DNA of 64,000 nucleotides from Candidatus Fermentibacterota bacterium (GTDB taxonomy: Bacteria; JAFGKV01), in assembly GCA_030620115.1 (NCBI GenBank), contig JAUXFG010000001.1, positions 9,677-73,676 of the forward strand, read 5' to 3'. Positions 36,521-47,239 of the stretch are shown in pieces (positions within the stretch are counted from its first letter, which is position 1; the number at the start of each line of letters is the position of its first letter). The notes beneath the pieces were generated by a model. The model ran no database searches and was not told the DNA's origin. It saw only the letters and a program-made list of their open reading frames with translations. The translations under genes were made by a program, and so were the position numbers.

Positions 36521-38200
36521 ATGGGGCGTTCACCGGTATTCGTGCTCGGACTCGATGGTGCAGCATGGCCGGTGGTGCAGCCTTTGATCGATAAGGGTGC
36601 TCTCCCATTCCTGGGGAGCTTGGTGGACAACGGGGCATGGGGTACCTTGGAGGCCCCATGGCCGTGGGCCACTTTTCCGTCGTGGACAAGCATCATGACG
36701 GGCACAACCCAGGGGGTGCATGGTCTCCTTGATTTCAGCGAGCTCGATCCCGCCACAATGCATGTGCGTTTTGTCGATTCCACGTGGCGTCGGGTACCGG
36801 CGATCTGGCAGCTTGCCACAACGAGGGGAAAACGATCCGTGGTTCTCGGGGTACCGGGAACCTATCCCCCTGACAGAGATGTGGAGCTCATGATTTCCGG
36901 CTTTGATACCCCGGTGACCACCAGCATTGATCCGACATTTGTCTGGCCTCCGGACTTCCGTACTCGATTGTTCAGAGAGGTGGGCCGGTTTCCCCTGACG
37001 CCGGTACAAGAGCTGCGCATTGGGAAGGGGTGGCATCGGAAGGCGCTTGCGGCGTTGCTGGAGAGCATCCAGGGGAAGACTCGAGTCGCACGATTTGTTC
37101 TCGAAGAGCTCCACCCCGATTTATTCGTCATGGTATTCGGGGAATCGGATACGGTGTGTCACCACTTCTGGCATTTTGCGGATCCCAGGAGTCCCCGGGC
37201 AGAACCAGGCCTTCGCCCTGAGTTGCGGACCGCCATTGAGCAGGTCTATACGGCGCTGGATAGCGCACTCTCAGAGATCGTGCAGAGCTCGAGATTGGCG
37301 CCTACTGTTCTGCTGGTTTCGGATCATGGATTCGGCGGCGCGGGAAGTACGGCGCTTCACCTCAACCGGTTTCTTGCATCCCATGGCTTCCTTACATTCG
37401 GATCACGTGCCGCCTTACCGGCTGTTTTTTCTTCGGTGCCCGCCACGATGCTGCCCTTTTTCCCACGGACCCTGCAGCAGTGGGTCTTTCGCAAGGCGGG
37501 GTCAAAGATGATTCCGCGGCTCGAAGGTCGGCGCAGATTTGCGGGGATTTTGTGGCAGGAGACGTTGGCCTATTCTGAGGAGTTGAACTATGCTCCTGCG
37601 ATTCGGATCAATCTGCGCGGTCGCGAGCGAGGTGGCGTGGTTGCGCCTGAGAAATATGAAGAGGTCCGGGAGCGGATTACGGCGGCATTGCGGGCATGGA
37701 GGGACAAGAGGACGGGCGAGCCCGTGGTAAGGAGAATCTTTCGGAGGGAAGAGCTCATCCAGGGGCCCGCGGTCGAGAAGGCGCCGGACCTTCTCCTGGA
37801 ATTGCATGCCCCTGGAGGATACTCGTATGTGGTGCTTCCCTCGGAGGGGAAAACGGAGCCGGTGCAGGAAGAGATCGACAGCGCTGGATCGAGTGGGGCC
37901 AAGGGCAGGGGAATGCACGGGAGCCACCGGCGGGAGGGGTTTTTTGTCGTCTCCGGCAAAGGCATTTCCCGGGGGGCGCTGCAGAACCCGGTGCAGGCGC
38001 ATCAGGTGGCGGGAATTGTCCTTGCGGAGTTAGGTCTTTCGCTTCCGTCCTGGATCTCTCTGCCCCCTCCAGGGGTGCTTATGCATGAGCCCGAGATAGA
38101 AGCGGGAGAAGAGCATGCCCAAAGAGGTGAATTAGTTGACCGCGCGGGAGATCTGGCATGGGAACGCACCAGGCGCCTGAAAGATCTTGGATATCTATGA
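36521..38200 (+). CDS. alkaline-phosphatase superfamily phosphohydrolase/phosphomutase (COG3379-like, type I phosphodiesterase/nucleotide pyrophosphatase family)
   Basis: N-terminal VFVLGLDGA metal-ligand block, SGFDTP and VSDHGF motifs. Confidence 0.65.
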   Translation: MGRSPVFVLGLDGAAWPVVQPLIDKGALPFLGSLVDNGAWGTLEAPWPWATFPSWTSIMTGTTQGVHGLLDFSELDPATMHVRFVDSTWRRVPAIWQLATTRGKRSVVLGVPGTYPPDRDVELMISGFDTPVTTSIDPTFVWPPDFRTRLFREVGRFPLTPVQELRIGKGWHRKALAALLESIQGKTRVARFVLEELHPDLFVMVFGESDTVCHHFWHFADPRSPRAEPGLRPELRTAIEQVYTALDSALSEIVQSSRLAPTVLLVSDHGFGGAGSTALHLNRFLASHGFLTFGSRAALPAVFSSVPATMLPFFPRTLQQWVFRKAGSKMIPRLEGRRRFAGILWQETLAYSEELNYAPAIRINLRGRERGGVVAPEKYEEVRERITAALRAWRDKRTGEPVVRRIFRREELIQGPAVEKAPDLLLELHAPGGYSYVVLPSEGKTEPVQEEIDSAGSSGAKGRGMHGSHRREGFFVVSGKGISRGALQNPVQAHQVAGIVLAELGLSLPSWISLPPPGVLMHEPEIEAGEEHAQRGELVDRAGDLAWERTRRLKDLGYL

Positions 38201-38593
38201 GCGGTGTCAGGGTTCGCGCAAGAATCAGCACTAACAACGGCCATGACGGAGTATGGCCCTCCAGAGGGGGATGCGTACATCTTGTCCTGTGGAGGGACGA
38301 CCTCCGTGTCGTCCGCAGAACTAGGCCCAAGAATCTCACGACTTTCTGCCTGAATCAACAACTCCGCAACCCGAAGTCCGTGAGCCACTGCCCTTGAGCA
38401 GAACCGAATGGCGAGAATGACTATGACGGCCAATGTCCTCCATCTTCCATCGGCATCGGCATCGAATTGAGGTGTGATCACATGGCCCTCAGTCGCGGAA
38501 ATCCGGATGTTTGATGAAGGCGCGCGCAACGGTGTGGCTGATTTTGATAGCGATTCCGATGATGCTCAGCTGAGAGCAGGGAGCAGAGAGCTC

Positions 38594-39775
38594 ATGGCCG
38601 GGGCTGGCGGGAAACAAGCACTGCGCATCCTTATGCTGGCGCCCTGCCCATTCCCCACCAGCCAAGGATCGCAGACGTTGATCAGGCAGCTGGCAGCCGG
38701 CCTCCAACATCGTGGACATGAAGTCCACCTGGTGACCTATCACCATGGTGAGTACAGGGAGGAATTCGCCTTCAGCGTGCATAGGACGCCCTATTTCCCC
38801 GGCACAAGCAGGCTCAAGGCGGGGCCGAGCCTTGGCAAGCTCGTGCTTGATCTTTTCTTTTGGTACATTGCAGTGAGAGTGGCGGGAGAGATCAATCCCC
38901 ATCTTATTCACGGGCACAACTACGAGGGCGCCATTCTTGGCCATTTGGTGGCCAAGAAACGCGGCATTCCACTGATATATCACACACATAACGTGATGCA
39001 TGAAGAGCTGCCCACCTACTTCCATCAGAGGCCTCTTCGATTTTTGGCGCGGAAGGTCGGTCTATGTTTGGATAATTGGATACCGCGGCACGCCGATCAA
39101 ATCATTGCCATCAACAGGGCGCTGAGGCGGGAGCTCGTGACCATGGGGATTGATCCTGAACGGATACGGATCGTACCTCCAGGAATCTGGCCGGCGGAGT
39201 GGGAGAGAGCCGTGGAGCCCCGGCAAGAGCCTTTGGTCGTCTACACCGGCAATCTGGACAACTATCAGAACCTTTCCCTGCTGATTGAGGGTATAAGGCT
39301 GGTGAAACAGAGGATTCCTGGAGCCACGCTGAAGATCGTAAGCCATGAGACCAGACCGAGGTTGGAACGAGAAGCTCGTAAGCTGGGCATGGAAGAAGCC
39401 GTAGAATTCATCAAAGTCGATACGTTCAGTCAGGTCAAGGCGTGGATACTGCGGGCTGCGGTGGTGGTCTGCCCGCGGATACCAACGTGTGGTTACCCCA
39501 TAAAGCTTGTGAACTACCTTGCTGCGGGTAGACCGGTGGTGGTCAGCGAGGCTTCCGCAGACGGCATTGTGGATGGGGAAAGCGGGCTGGTGGTGGAAAC
39601 AGGGAATCCCGCCGCGTATGCAGAGGGTATCATCAAGCTCCTCACCGATCGAGCACTTGCGACTCGCATTGCCCGGGAAGGGAGGCGCTTGGCATCGGAG
39701 AAGCATTCATGGGATCGATCTTTGGCTGCCATCGAGGCTTCGTATCGAGCGGCATTAACCGGGGTCAAATCTTGA
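38594..39775 (+). CDS. glycosyltransferase family 4 (GT-B)
   Basis: ILMLAPCPFP N-terminal domain and the EX7E-like C-terminal region (ESGLVVETGNPAAYAEGI). The start is taken at the internal Met; the track begins at 38474. Confidence 0.75.
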   Translation: MAGAGGKQALRILMLAPCPFPTSQGSQTLIRQLAAGLQHRGHEVHLVTYHHGEYREEFAFSVHRTPYFPGTSRLKAGPSLGKLVLDLFFWYIAVRVAGEINPHLIHGHNYEGAILGHLVAKKRGIPLIYHTHNVMHEELPTYFHQRPLRFLARKVGLCLDNWIPRHADQIIAINRALRRELVTMGIDPERIRIVPPGIWPAEWERAVEPRQEPLVVYTGNLDNYQNLSLLIEGIRLVKQRIPGATLKIVSHETRPRLEREARKLGMEEAVEFIKVDTFSQVKAWILRAAVVVCPRIPTCGYPIKLVNYLAAGRPVVVSEASADGIVDGESGLVVETGNPAAYAEGIIKLLTDRALATRIAREGRRLASEKHSWDRSLAAIEASYRAALTGVKS

Positions 39776-39786
39776 CGGGCATCCTC

Positions 39787-42700
39787 ATGGCCGGGCTTGT
39801 GCTGGCAGTCATCGGAGCACCTTCGCATGGGGCTGAGGTCGAGGTTCTCAGATCAGACCAGGCGAGCATCAGGTTGCTGATCAGGCCCTCAGTGGATGAT
39901 CGGGTATGGAATGGATGGGTCGGCCTCCCTCCCGGAGCCTCGGTGGAAGAGGTGAGCGTTCGAACACAAGGGCGTGTGCGCCCGGTACCATGGGAGCTGG
40001 GCCGCGAGGTCACCACAAGTCCTCAAATCACCGTTGGTCCCGTGGGTTTCATAAGGTTCCATAGGGCTTGTCCCCTTCGGGTCGAGACAGGAATGGCTAC
40101 CCAGGACGGGGTGGCAGGAATTCCAGAGGTCCTATTGGTGGAGATCCTGCTTTCGCCAGGATCTGCCAAGGCGCGGAAACGAAATGTCGGATTTCAGAAT
40201 GTATTGTCGAATTTGTTCGTGAACTGGCAAAGCGCCCAGCATTGGGCCGAGCAGATGGACGGTCCGCCGCTTCCGCCTCCAGTGCCGGCCCCGAGCATCC
40301 GTATCCGAGTAAGAGAGGAGGGGCTCTACAGGATTACTGCAGAGGATCTTCCCGATATGCCTGGGGATGCGGATCCCCGGATGTTTTCTCTTTGGAACCG
40401 AGGGAGCTATGTTCCTTTGCGGGTGGTAGTGCAGCAGCCGGACACCGTATGGAAAGATGGTGACTGGATCGAGTTCTATGCCCACGGCACCCGGCGGGAA
40501 GATCCACAGGGACGGTGGACTCCGGTGGAAAGCAAGTATGGCCTCGATAACCCCTACTATCTCGTGTGGGACCAGGTGGATCCTCCAAGAATCCTCGATG
40601 TGTCTTCAGAGCCTACAGGCGGCCCGGCCGCTACGTATCATTGGTGGGTATGTCACCGTGAGGTGAACACGAATTCCTCACTATCGGGCCATGAGGGAGC
40701 CATCGACGATGAATGGTACTGGGGCGGACAGCTCGGCCCCGGCCAGATTTCCAAGCAGTTTTCTCTGCCAGATCTGGCGCGGGAAGTGGCGGATGGGGTG
40801 ATCCGCGCCAGATTCCAATCCATGAGCCTTTCCGAGTCTGAGATGCATCTTCTGGTGAATGGCGCCATGGTCGCAGAAGGGTCGTGGAACGGCTTCGGCG
40901 CACAGCTCTTGGAAGGTCAGGGGGTGCCGCTTGATGTGGGTACGAATCAGCTCGTTATGGATTTCTCGGGAGATGCGTACTCACGAGTTCATCTCGACTG
41001 GTTCGCAATTCAATACCCTCGAGAGTATGTCATGTCAGGGGGGCAGGCCGCGTTCGGACCATCTGCCGATGATCGCCCAGAGTACGAGATTTCTGGTTTG
41101 GAGCCTGGGACCAAGACGGATATCTTTGAGATCAGCTCAGGCCTCAGATTCATGGATTTCCACCACGAGGCGGACCAAGAAGGGGCAATCCGGTTCAGGG
41201 CTAATCTCCCGGATAGTGCGACCTTCTTGGTGGTGACGAACAGCGGTTGGCTTACTTCCCTTGATCTTCCCGACATGCCTACGTGGATCGAGCCACATCC
41301 GGCCGTGGCTGATGAGGATCGAGAAGGTAGCTATTTGATTGTGTATCCGTCTGATTTCTTAGAGGCGGCCAGCGGCCTGAGAGATCACCATCTGGACGCC
41401 GGAGATATCGAAAGTGCAGAGATGGTGGATGTGCGCCATATCTGGGAGGAGTTCTCATACGGCCTGCCGGACCCGCGAGCCTTGCGCTCATTCCTGCAAT
41501 GGACATTGGCCAATTGGAGCGATCCGCCGGAGTTCGTGCTGCTCTTTGGGGACGGCACGTGGGACTACAACGGCTACATGAACCAACACGCCAGCGTGAA
41601 TCTCGTGCCCAGCTATGGCAATCCCGCGTCTGATAATTTCTACGCGAGCCTCAACGATACGAGCTACTTCCCCGATCTACACGTCGGACGTGTGCCGGCG
41701 GTTGATGCCACTCAAGCCTGGAATGCTTTCCAAAAGATACGCAACTACCGTGCCTCTCCAGAGCCGTCGTTGTGGCGCAAGCTTGTTCTTTTTGTCAATG
41801 GCGGGGGCACACAGGATGAGTTTGACTACTTCGCGGCGTGGACATCGATCACCTCCCAGCTTGTCGTCGCACCGCCGCCGGTCCTGGGCGCCACATCGAT
41901 CATTGCTAAGGACCAGGAAGAATACTGGATGGGCTACTACAATAAGAGCATAGCCGCGGCGGTAGACTCAGGCTGTCTGATCATGAACTTCTTCGGCCAC
42001 GCCGCAACGCAGACCTGGGACTTTATGTTCGAGTCAGATGATGTTGATTCACTTCTCAACGGGGATCGTACCCCCTTGGTGCTCAGCCCTACATGCTTCA
42101 CCGGCGATTTCGCGGATCCACGCCAGGTGGTCTTCGCGGAACACTTCCTCAGATTGGACGAACCGGAGCACGGCGCAATCGGCTTTTTTGGAAGCTCCGG
42201 CACCGCGTACCAGAACAAAGGCGGGGTCTACGCCTATCGGATCATGGAGTCCATCTTTTGCAAGGGAGATCCCCGAGTCGGGCCGGCAATCACCTGGGCG
42301 AAGCTCAACGGATATCCCTACACGAGCCCTGAGGACTCGATCATGGCCACGGTATTCAGCCTGCTGGGCGATCCGCTCCTCTCCCTCGTGCTGCCCGAAG
42401 CGCCGGACCTTCACATCGGTCCGGAGAGGGTTACCGTGCAACCAGAGGAGCCGGCAGTGGGGGATAGCGTGAGGCTTCTTGTGAGCGTGCTCAATGAAGG
42501 GGTGTCATGGGAGGATGAATACCGGGTGACTGTCCACTGCGAAGGCCAGGAGCTGGCTTCAGGATTTGCCCGGGCCGATTCGCTGGAGAATCGCCTTTCC
42601 TTGTCCTGGCCTGCCCCTGCCCAACCGGGAAGCCAGGAGATCGAGATCCATGTGGACCCGGATCAGAGTGTAGAAGAGGAAGACAGGGAGGACAATACCA

Positions 42701-45700
42701 CTGCGTTGACCATAACCTACCTCAAGCGGCGCCCTGTGGTCCTCTTGCCTCTCAGCGATGCCATGGTTCCGGGAGCTCTTGCGGAATTTTTCATCACCGC
42801 AGTCTCGACGCAACCCCATGGGTTCCAGATTGCGCTTTGCGATACCTTTGGTTCCTCTGTGATCGACTCCTCCGGTCCCGTGTCGCCTGAGGCAGGCCTT
42901 GTTTCGTGGACATGGTCCTCGCCTAGTCCAGGGACCTACTGTTGGAGGGCGAGGGGCCAGGGCGGCGCATGGTCTTTTCCCAGGTGGTTCACTACTGGAG
43001 TGGAAGCAGCGGGATGGGGCCAGTTCCTTCCCGCGCAGCTGACCGGCGGGGTCATGGAAGACTGCGAAGTCACCGATCTAGGGCTTGGGTTGTACGCCAG
43101 GGTCAACATATCTCGGGATTTTGCACTGTTGTCAGAAGGCGCCACTGTTCCTGAGGTCTCGACCCACAACCCCGACGCCTGCGGCCCGGAGAATCTCATT
43201 GGAGGCCAGGTGGGGAACACCGATTGGGGCGGTTCCTTTTACTTCCGCCGGCTCGATGAGAACCAGTATGCGGTGGTGGACCTGGGAGAGCCCAGGATGA
43301 TAATAAAGATCGCCAGCGCCCATGAAGGGGATACACTCACTGACCGATCCGTATGGTCCCATTTCGGTATCGAAAGCTCGTTGAATGATGTCGATTACAA
43401 GCTGTGGGGCAATACGCCTGACTACAGCGACTCAGGCTATGGGCCATGGATTTCGAGTAACATGGCCTATGAGAAGCCGTATCCGATCTCGGTTCGGTAT
43501 ATCAAGTTCAGCTATGGACAATGTCATCCCATAGGCACAATACGGCCGGGCTCACGGGTCTATGAAGTCTATGCATATGCCGCGCTGTACCCTGATTCAG
43601 GCTCGGTCTTTTCCCCGCCCCTCGGTCCTTCTGATCAGTGGGGCAGGCTCACGGCCTTGGGCGATGTTCCAGGAGGGACCAACACGACGATCGAGGTCTA
43701 TCTGGAAGATGAGAATGGAACGTGGGAGCTGGGCAGAACTATGTCCTTGGGAGCGGATCAGGCCCTTGATTGGATCGGAGATGAGTACCGGCGCGTGAAG
43801 CTTCGTGGCGTACTCACCAGCGAGTCTATGGATGTGACGCCCAGGCTTATGAGCTGGAGCGTGGAGTATCGCTCGATCCCGGATCTTGCGACCATGCACG
43901 ATACGCTTCTCGTAGTTCCTGAGCTGCCGGAGCCTGGCAGCACGGCCCAGATTCGAGCCATAGTGATCAATGCCGGTTCAGAACCAGTTTCGGGAGCCTC
44001 GTACCGTCTCGATGCGCAGCTTGATGATGATGCGCCCACGACTCTGGAGTCGGGCGTGCTGGGATGGCTTACCCCGGGATTGCCCGAGAGTCTTTCGACC
44101 CCATGGGTTGCGGAGGGAGGCGTGACGCGTTTCACCCTGGTGCTCGACCCTGATGAAAAGATCACCGAGGCATGGGAAGAGAACAATACGGTGTATGGAG
44201 AGGCCCGTGTACTGGGCAATCTTGCCTGGATAGATAGTATCGAGGTCAGCCCTCCGGTTCCCAGTCCCAGAGAATCGCTTTCTGTAGAAGCATGGGTCGT
44301 CAATAATGGGGTTCTTGCTTTGGGCGAGAGTTGGGCACGGTGTTTCTGGGTTGGGTCGGACAGCGGAGAGATAGTCGCCATTCCCCCTCTTGCGCGTGAT
44401 GAACGAGCAAGGCTTATCTGGTCCATGGTGGCGCCCGACAGCGTGGGGTCCTATCAGCTCGCCTGTGAGCTCGATCCGGATTCCCTGGTTCGGGAAGCCT
44501 GGGAGGATGATAATATCATCTTGCTCCCTATCGAGGTTGTACAAGGCCCTGACCCGGCTCTTTTCGATGTAGATGTCTACTGTGTGACGCCCGCGGTGGG
44601 CGATCCTGTGGAGGTCGTTCTGGGATTGACGAACTTCGGTGGCCGGGATACTGAAGAGTTCCTCGTTCTTGGCCTCGAACAAGGGGTGTGGCGCGACAGT
44701 CTCTTCATTGATGGGCTCGCCGGCGCGGAGAGTACGGTGGTCTCTTTGTGGTGGCCCACCGGCGATGCGGCGCGGAGCCACTTCCTGGAGTTCCATGTCG
44801 ATCCTGACAGCTTTGTCGTTGATTGTGACCGGGCCAACAATGTCTTGACCATGGAGCTTATCACGGTTCTTCTCCCCGATCTCTACGCCGCAGGCGATAG
44901 TACGTGGCCCGCTTTTCCCATTGCAGGTGACCCCATGACCCTGCATACAGAAGTCAGGAATCGCGGCATCGTGCCTGCAGGGGGCTTCGAGGTATCCGTG
45001 CAATGGCCCGATGGGGAACAAGAGACGCAACGCGTTGATTCGCTGGGGGGCCAAGAGACGGTTCAGTTCCAGTGGGATTGGATACCCGAGACATCCGGTA
45101 GCGGTAGCGTGATCATGACCATTGATAGTGCCGGTGAGGTGGGAGAGGCATGTGAAACCAACAATGAGACGGCAATCCAGCTCCAAATAGGGCAGCCGTG
45201 GGACTTGGCTGTAGCCTCAACGGACATTCAGAAGCAAGATCCCACGGCTTCGTTCGTGGCCTGGGATTCATTGTTTCTCCACATCATCGTGCACAATGTG
45301 GGAGACGAGGCATCGCCTTCAGTGCCTGTCGAGCTTTTCGACGGCATCCCGGAATCGGACGGAACGCTTCTCAAAGCGGAGGACATGGCCTTGGCGGCAG
45401 GCGCTTCCGATACCTTGGAGGCGGTGTGGCCCGAAGGTGCTTTTCCCGGCACACATCTTCTGGTGGCGGTGCTGAACCGGCAGAATGAGATCGAAGAGTT
45501 CAATACTTCGAACAACCGGGCGAGCCGGGAGGTGGTGGTGTTGGGAGACACGATCCCTCCAGGCGTGGCGGTCAGGCCGCCGTGGCCGGGATTCGCCCAG
45601 GGCGGGTTTCTCGCTCAGGGAGACACCATTACGGCATACGGATGGGATGAAGCCAGCGGGATGAATCGCCTGGAGATTTTTCTGGATGATGCGGACATCA

Positions 45701-46155
45701 CCGAGGCATTCATCTCAGAGCCGGACTCGAGTCAGGGGATTCCAGGGATCAGAACGATTTTCCCTATTGTGGGGGGGCCTGGTGAACATCGATTGAGAGC
45801 CCGGGCTGTGGATAATGCGGGGCTATGGACAGAGGCTGAAATCCGATATACGCTTTCCCAAACCGCACTGGTACGAAATGTGGCTGCATTCCCGAGCCCC
45901 GCGTCAGGTCCTACCCGGGTCACGGCGGAACTCTCACGGCCGGGCCAGATGATTATCAGCCTCTATACCACAGGGGGCCGGTTCATCCGGCGCCTCCAGG
46001 GCGAAGCTCTCTATCCGGGCAGGGCAGGCCTGGAGTGGGACCTTCTGGACCAGGATGGTGACCGCGTGGCGAATGGCGTGTACCTTGTAAGCTTCAAATT
46101 GCAGACTGATGAAGCCAGCACGGAGGCACTAGGGAAACTCGTGGTGATGAGGTAG
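39787..46155 (+). CDS. giant secreted peptidase C25 (gingipain-like) family protein with multiple CARDB/Ig-like repeats and a C-terminal FlgD-Ig / T9SS-type sorting domain
   Basis: Signal peptide (MAGLVLAVIGAPSHGAEV). C25 core at ~41.3-42.4 kb with candidate catalytic His (NFFGHAATQTW) and Cys (SPTCFTGDFADP). At least 5 repeats ending in DN/NN motifs (REDNTTA, EDDNII, RANNVL, ETNNET, NTSNNR). The C-terminus PSPASGPTRVTAELSRPGQMIISLYTTGGRFIRRLQ...VYLVSFKLQTD...GKLVVMR resembles a Por/T9SS CTD. Confidence 0.8.
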   Translation: MAGLVLAVIGAPSHGAEVEVLRSDQASIRLLIRPSVDDRVWNGWVGLPPGASVEEVSVRTQGRVRPVPWELGREVTTSPQITVGPVGFIRFHRACPLRVETGMATQDGVAGIPEVLLVEILLSPGSAKARKRNVGFQNVLSNLFVNWQSAQHWAEQMDGPPLPPPVPAPSIRIRVREEGLYRITAEDLPDMPGDADPRMFSLWNRGSYVPLRVVVQQPDTVWKDGDWIEFYAHGTRREDPQGRWTPVESKYGLDNPYYLVWDQVDPPRILDVSSEPTGGPAATYHWWVCHREVNTNSSLSGHEGAIDDEWYWGGQLGPGQISKQFSLPDLAREVADGVIRARFQSMSLSESEMHLLVNGAMVAEGSWNGFGAQLLEGQGVPLDVGTNQLVMDFSGDAYSRVHLDWFAIQYPREYVMSGGQAAFGPSADDRPEYEISGLEPGTKTDIFEISSGLRFMDFHHEADQEGAIRFRANLPDSATFLVVTNSGWLTSLDLPDMPTWIEPHPAVADEDREGSYLIVYPSDFLEAASGLRDHHLDAGDIESAEMVDVRHIWEEFSYGLPDPRALRSFLQWTLANWSDPPEFVLLFGDGTWDYNGYMNQHASVNLVPSYGNPASDNFYASLNDTSYFPDLHVGRVPAVDATQAWNAFQKIRNYRASPEPSLWRKLVLFVNGGGTQDEFDYFAAWTSITSQLVVAPPPVLGATSIIAKDQEEYWMGYYNKSIAAAVDSGCLIMNFFGHAATQTWDFMFESDDVDSLLNGDRTPLVLSPTCFTGDFADPRQVVFAEHFLRLDEPEHGAIGFFGSSGTAYQNKGGVYAYRIMESIFCKGDPRVGPAITWAKLNGYPYTSPEDSIMATVFSLLGDPLLSLVLPEAPDLHIGPERVTVQPEEPAVGDSVRLLVSVLNEGVSWEDEYRVTVHCEGQELASGFARADSLENRLSLSWPAPAQPGSQEIEIHVDPDQSVEEEDREDNTTALTITYLKRRPVVLLPLSDAMVPGALAEFFITAVSTQPHGFQIALCDTFGSSVIDSSGPVSPEAGLVSWTWSSPSPGTYCWRARGQGGAWSFPRWFTTGVEAAGWGQFLPAQLTGGVMEDCEVTDLGLGLYARVNISRDFALLSEGATVPEVSTHNPDACGPENLIGGQVGNTDWGGSFYFRRLDENQYAVVDLGEPRMIIKIASAHEGDTLTDRSVWSHFGIESSLNDVDYKLWGNTPDYSDSGYGPWISSNMAYEKPYPISVRYIKFSYGQCHPIGTIRPGSRVYEVYAYAALYPDSGSVFSPPLGPSDQWGRLTALGDVPGGTNTTIEVYLEDENGTWELGRTMSLGADQALDWIGDEYRRVKLRGVLTSESMDVTPRLMSWSVEYRSIPDLATMHDTLLVVPELPEPGSTAQIRAIVINAGSEPVSGASYRLDAQLDDDAPTTLESGVLGWLTPGLPESLSTPWVAEGGVTRFTLVLDPDEKITEAWEENNTVYGEARVLGNLAWIDSIEVSPPVPSPRESLSVEAWVVNNGVLALGESWARCFWVGSDSGEIVAIPPLARDERARLIWSMVAPDSVGSYQLACELDPDSLVREAWEDDNIILLPIEVVQGPDPALFDVDVYCVTPAVGDPVEVVLGLTNFGGRDTEEFLVLGLEQGVWRDSLFIDGLAGAESTVVSLWWPTGDAARSHFLEFHVDPDSFVVDCDRANNVLTMELITVLLPDLYAAGDSTWPAFPIAGDPMTLHTEVRNRGIVPAGGFEVSVQWPDGEQETQRVDSLGGQETVQFQWDWIPETSGSGSVIMTIDSAGEVGEACETNNETAIQLQIGQPWDLAVASTDIQKQDPTASFVAWDSLFLHIIVHNVGDEASPSVPVELFDGIPESDGTLLKAEDMALAAGASDTLEAVWPEGAFPGTHLLVAVLNRQNEIEEFNTSNNRASREVVVLGDTIPPGVAVRPPWPGFAQGGFLAQGDTITAYGWDEASGMNRLEIFLDDADITEAFISEPDSSQGIPGIRTIFPIVGGPGEHRLRARAVDNAGLWTEAEIRYTLSQTALVRNVAAFPSPASGPTRVTAELSRPGQMIISLYTTGGRFIRRLQGEALYPGRAGLEWDLLDQDGDRVANGVYLVSFKLQTDEASTEALGKLVVMR

Positions 46156-46211
46156 TCCTCCGTCCGGATCGAATCGCGTCGTTGTTGTGACGCGAGGCGG
46201 GGAGAGCTGCC

Positions 46212-46718
46212 GTGTCATTGATGAGATACCTCAGGGAAGACGGCGTTCGAATGGAACTGCAGACCGTTATGCCGACACCCGAGGAGATGGAGACAAGTGA
46301 GAGAAGCCGATGGCTTCCGGAGGTGAAGAGGGCGGTTCTCCAGGAGCTTGCCGAATTGCTGAGTACTTCCCCAGAGATCCGGAAACCCGGCAAGATCTTT
46401 ATTGACCTATACAACCGAGAGAAGCAGTGGACCACCGCACTTGGGAGAGGAGTTGCATTCCCACATGTGCGAACCAAGCATACGAGATCCCTCGTTTTTG
46501 CCATCGCACGGAGTGTTGAGGGCATTGATTTCGGGGCGCCGGATGGGGAACCGGTGCATTTTTTCCTTTGTATGGTGGCGCCACCGTACGAAGACAAGAC
46601 CTATTTGAGGTTTGTCAAGAAATTGGCCGAGGCAGTGACGTATGGCGGGCTTATTAAGCGGGCTCTGGAAGCGCAGAGTGCCTGGGAGCTGATACGGTTG
46701 GTGGACGATCTGATCTAG
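46212..46718 (+). CDS. ptsN: PTS EIIA type-2 (PtsN/EIIA-Ntr-like) regulatory protein
   Basis: GVAFPH active-site signature in a 168-aa protein. Confidence 0.7.
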   Translation: MSLMRYLREDGVRMELQTVMPTPEEMETSERSRWLPEVKRAVLQELAELLSTSPEIRKPGKIFIDLYNREKQWTTALGRGVAFPHVRTKHTRSLVFAIARSVEGIDFGAPDGEPVHFFLCMVAPPYEDKTYLRFVKKLAEAVTYGGLIKRALEAQSAWELIRLVDDLI

Positions 46719-46807
46719 CCCGCACCACGGTGCGCAGTTGATCGTGGGTTATGCGTGGTGGACCGTCTTGCGTGGGCATTGGACTCGGTCAGGCATCTCG
46801 GCCAGAG

Positions 46808-46852
46808 TAAGAGAGATTCTTCGGTCGCTCCGCTTCCTCAGAATGACACACA
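46808..46852. repeat. family H repeat, half copy (right arm, reverse orientation)
   Basis: gagattcttcggtcgctccgcttcctcagaatgacac is the reverse complement of the right arm of the hairpin element. Confidence 0.5.
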
Positions 46853-47239
46853 GCATCCAGTTTCCTCAATTCGCAATCCAGCATTTTGCTTTTCGTAACC
46901 GTTGACGGAGATATTTCAGGAAAAGCCCGGAAGTGCTTTACACTTTCGGAACCCTCCTTGCAATGACTGAGGCCCCGGTGGTCATCGCGAGCGGTAGCGC
47001 GGCGATCTCAGTTGAGGGCATGAGATTGCTTCGTCGCGGACTCAATCCTGAGCTTGCCGAAGGGCTCCTCGCAATGACTGATGGTGGGGCTACGGTTCCG
47101 GGATCTCTCTATGGGATTTTATATTCCTATCGTGAGCCGTAGCGTCAGGCCGAGACCGTAAAACGAGAAAATGAAACATCCCAATCCCCGCTCAGCAGCT
47201 TATCAGCCTGTCCTGAGCAAAGTCGAAGGGCTCAATAAC

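Noticed and set aside
37502-38002. Several overlapping ORFs inside the AlkP-superfamily gene (both strands)
   Set aside because: They are shadow frames of a confidently assigned CDS.
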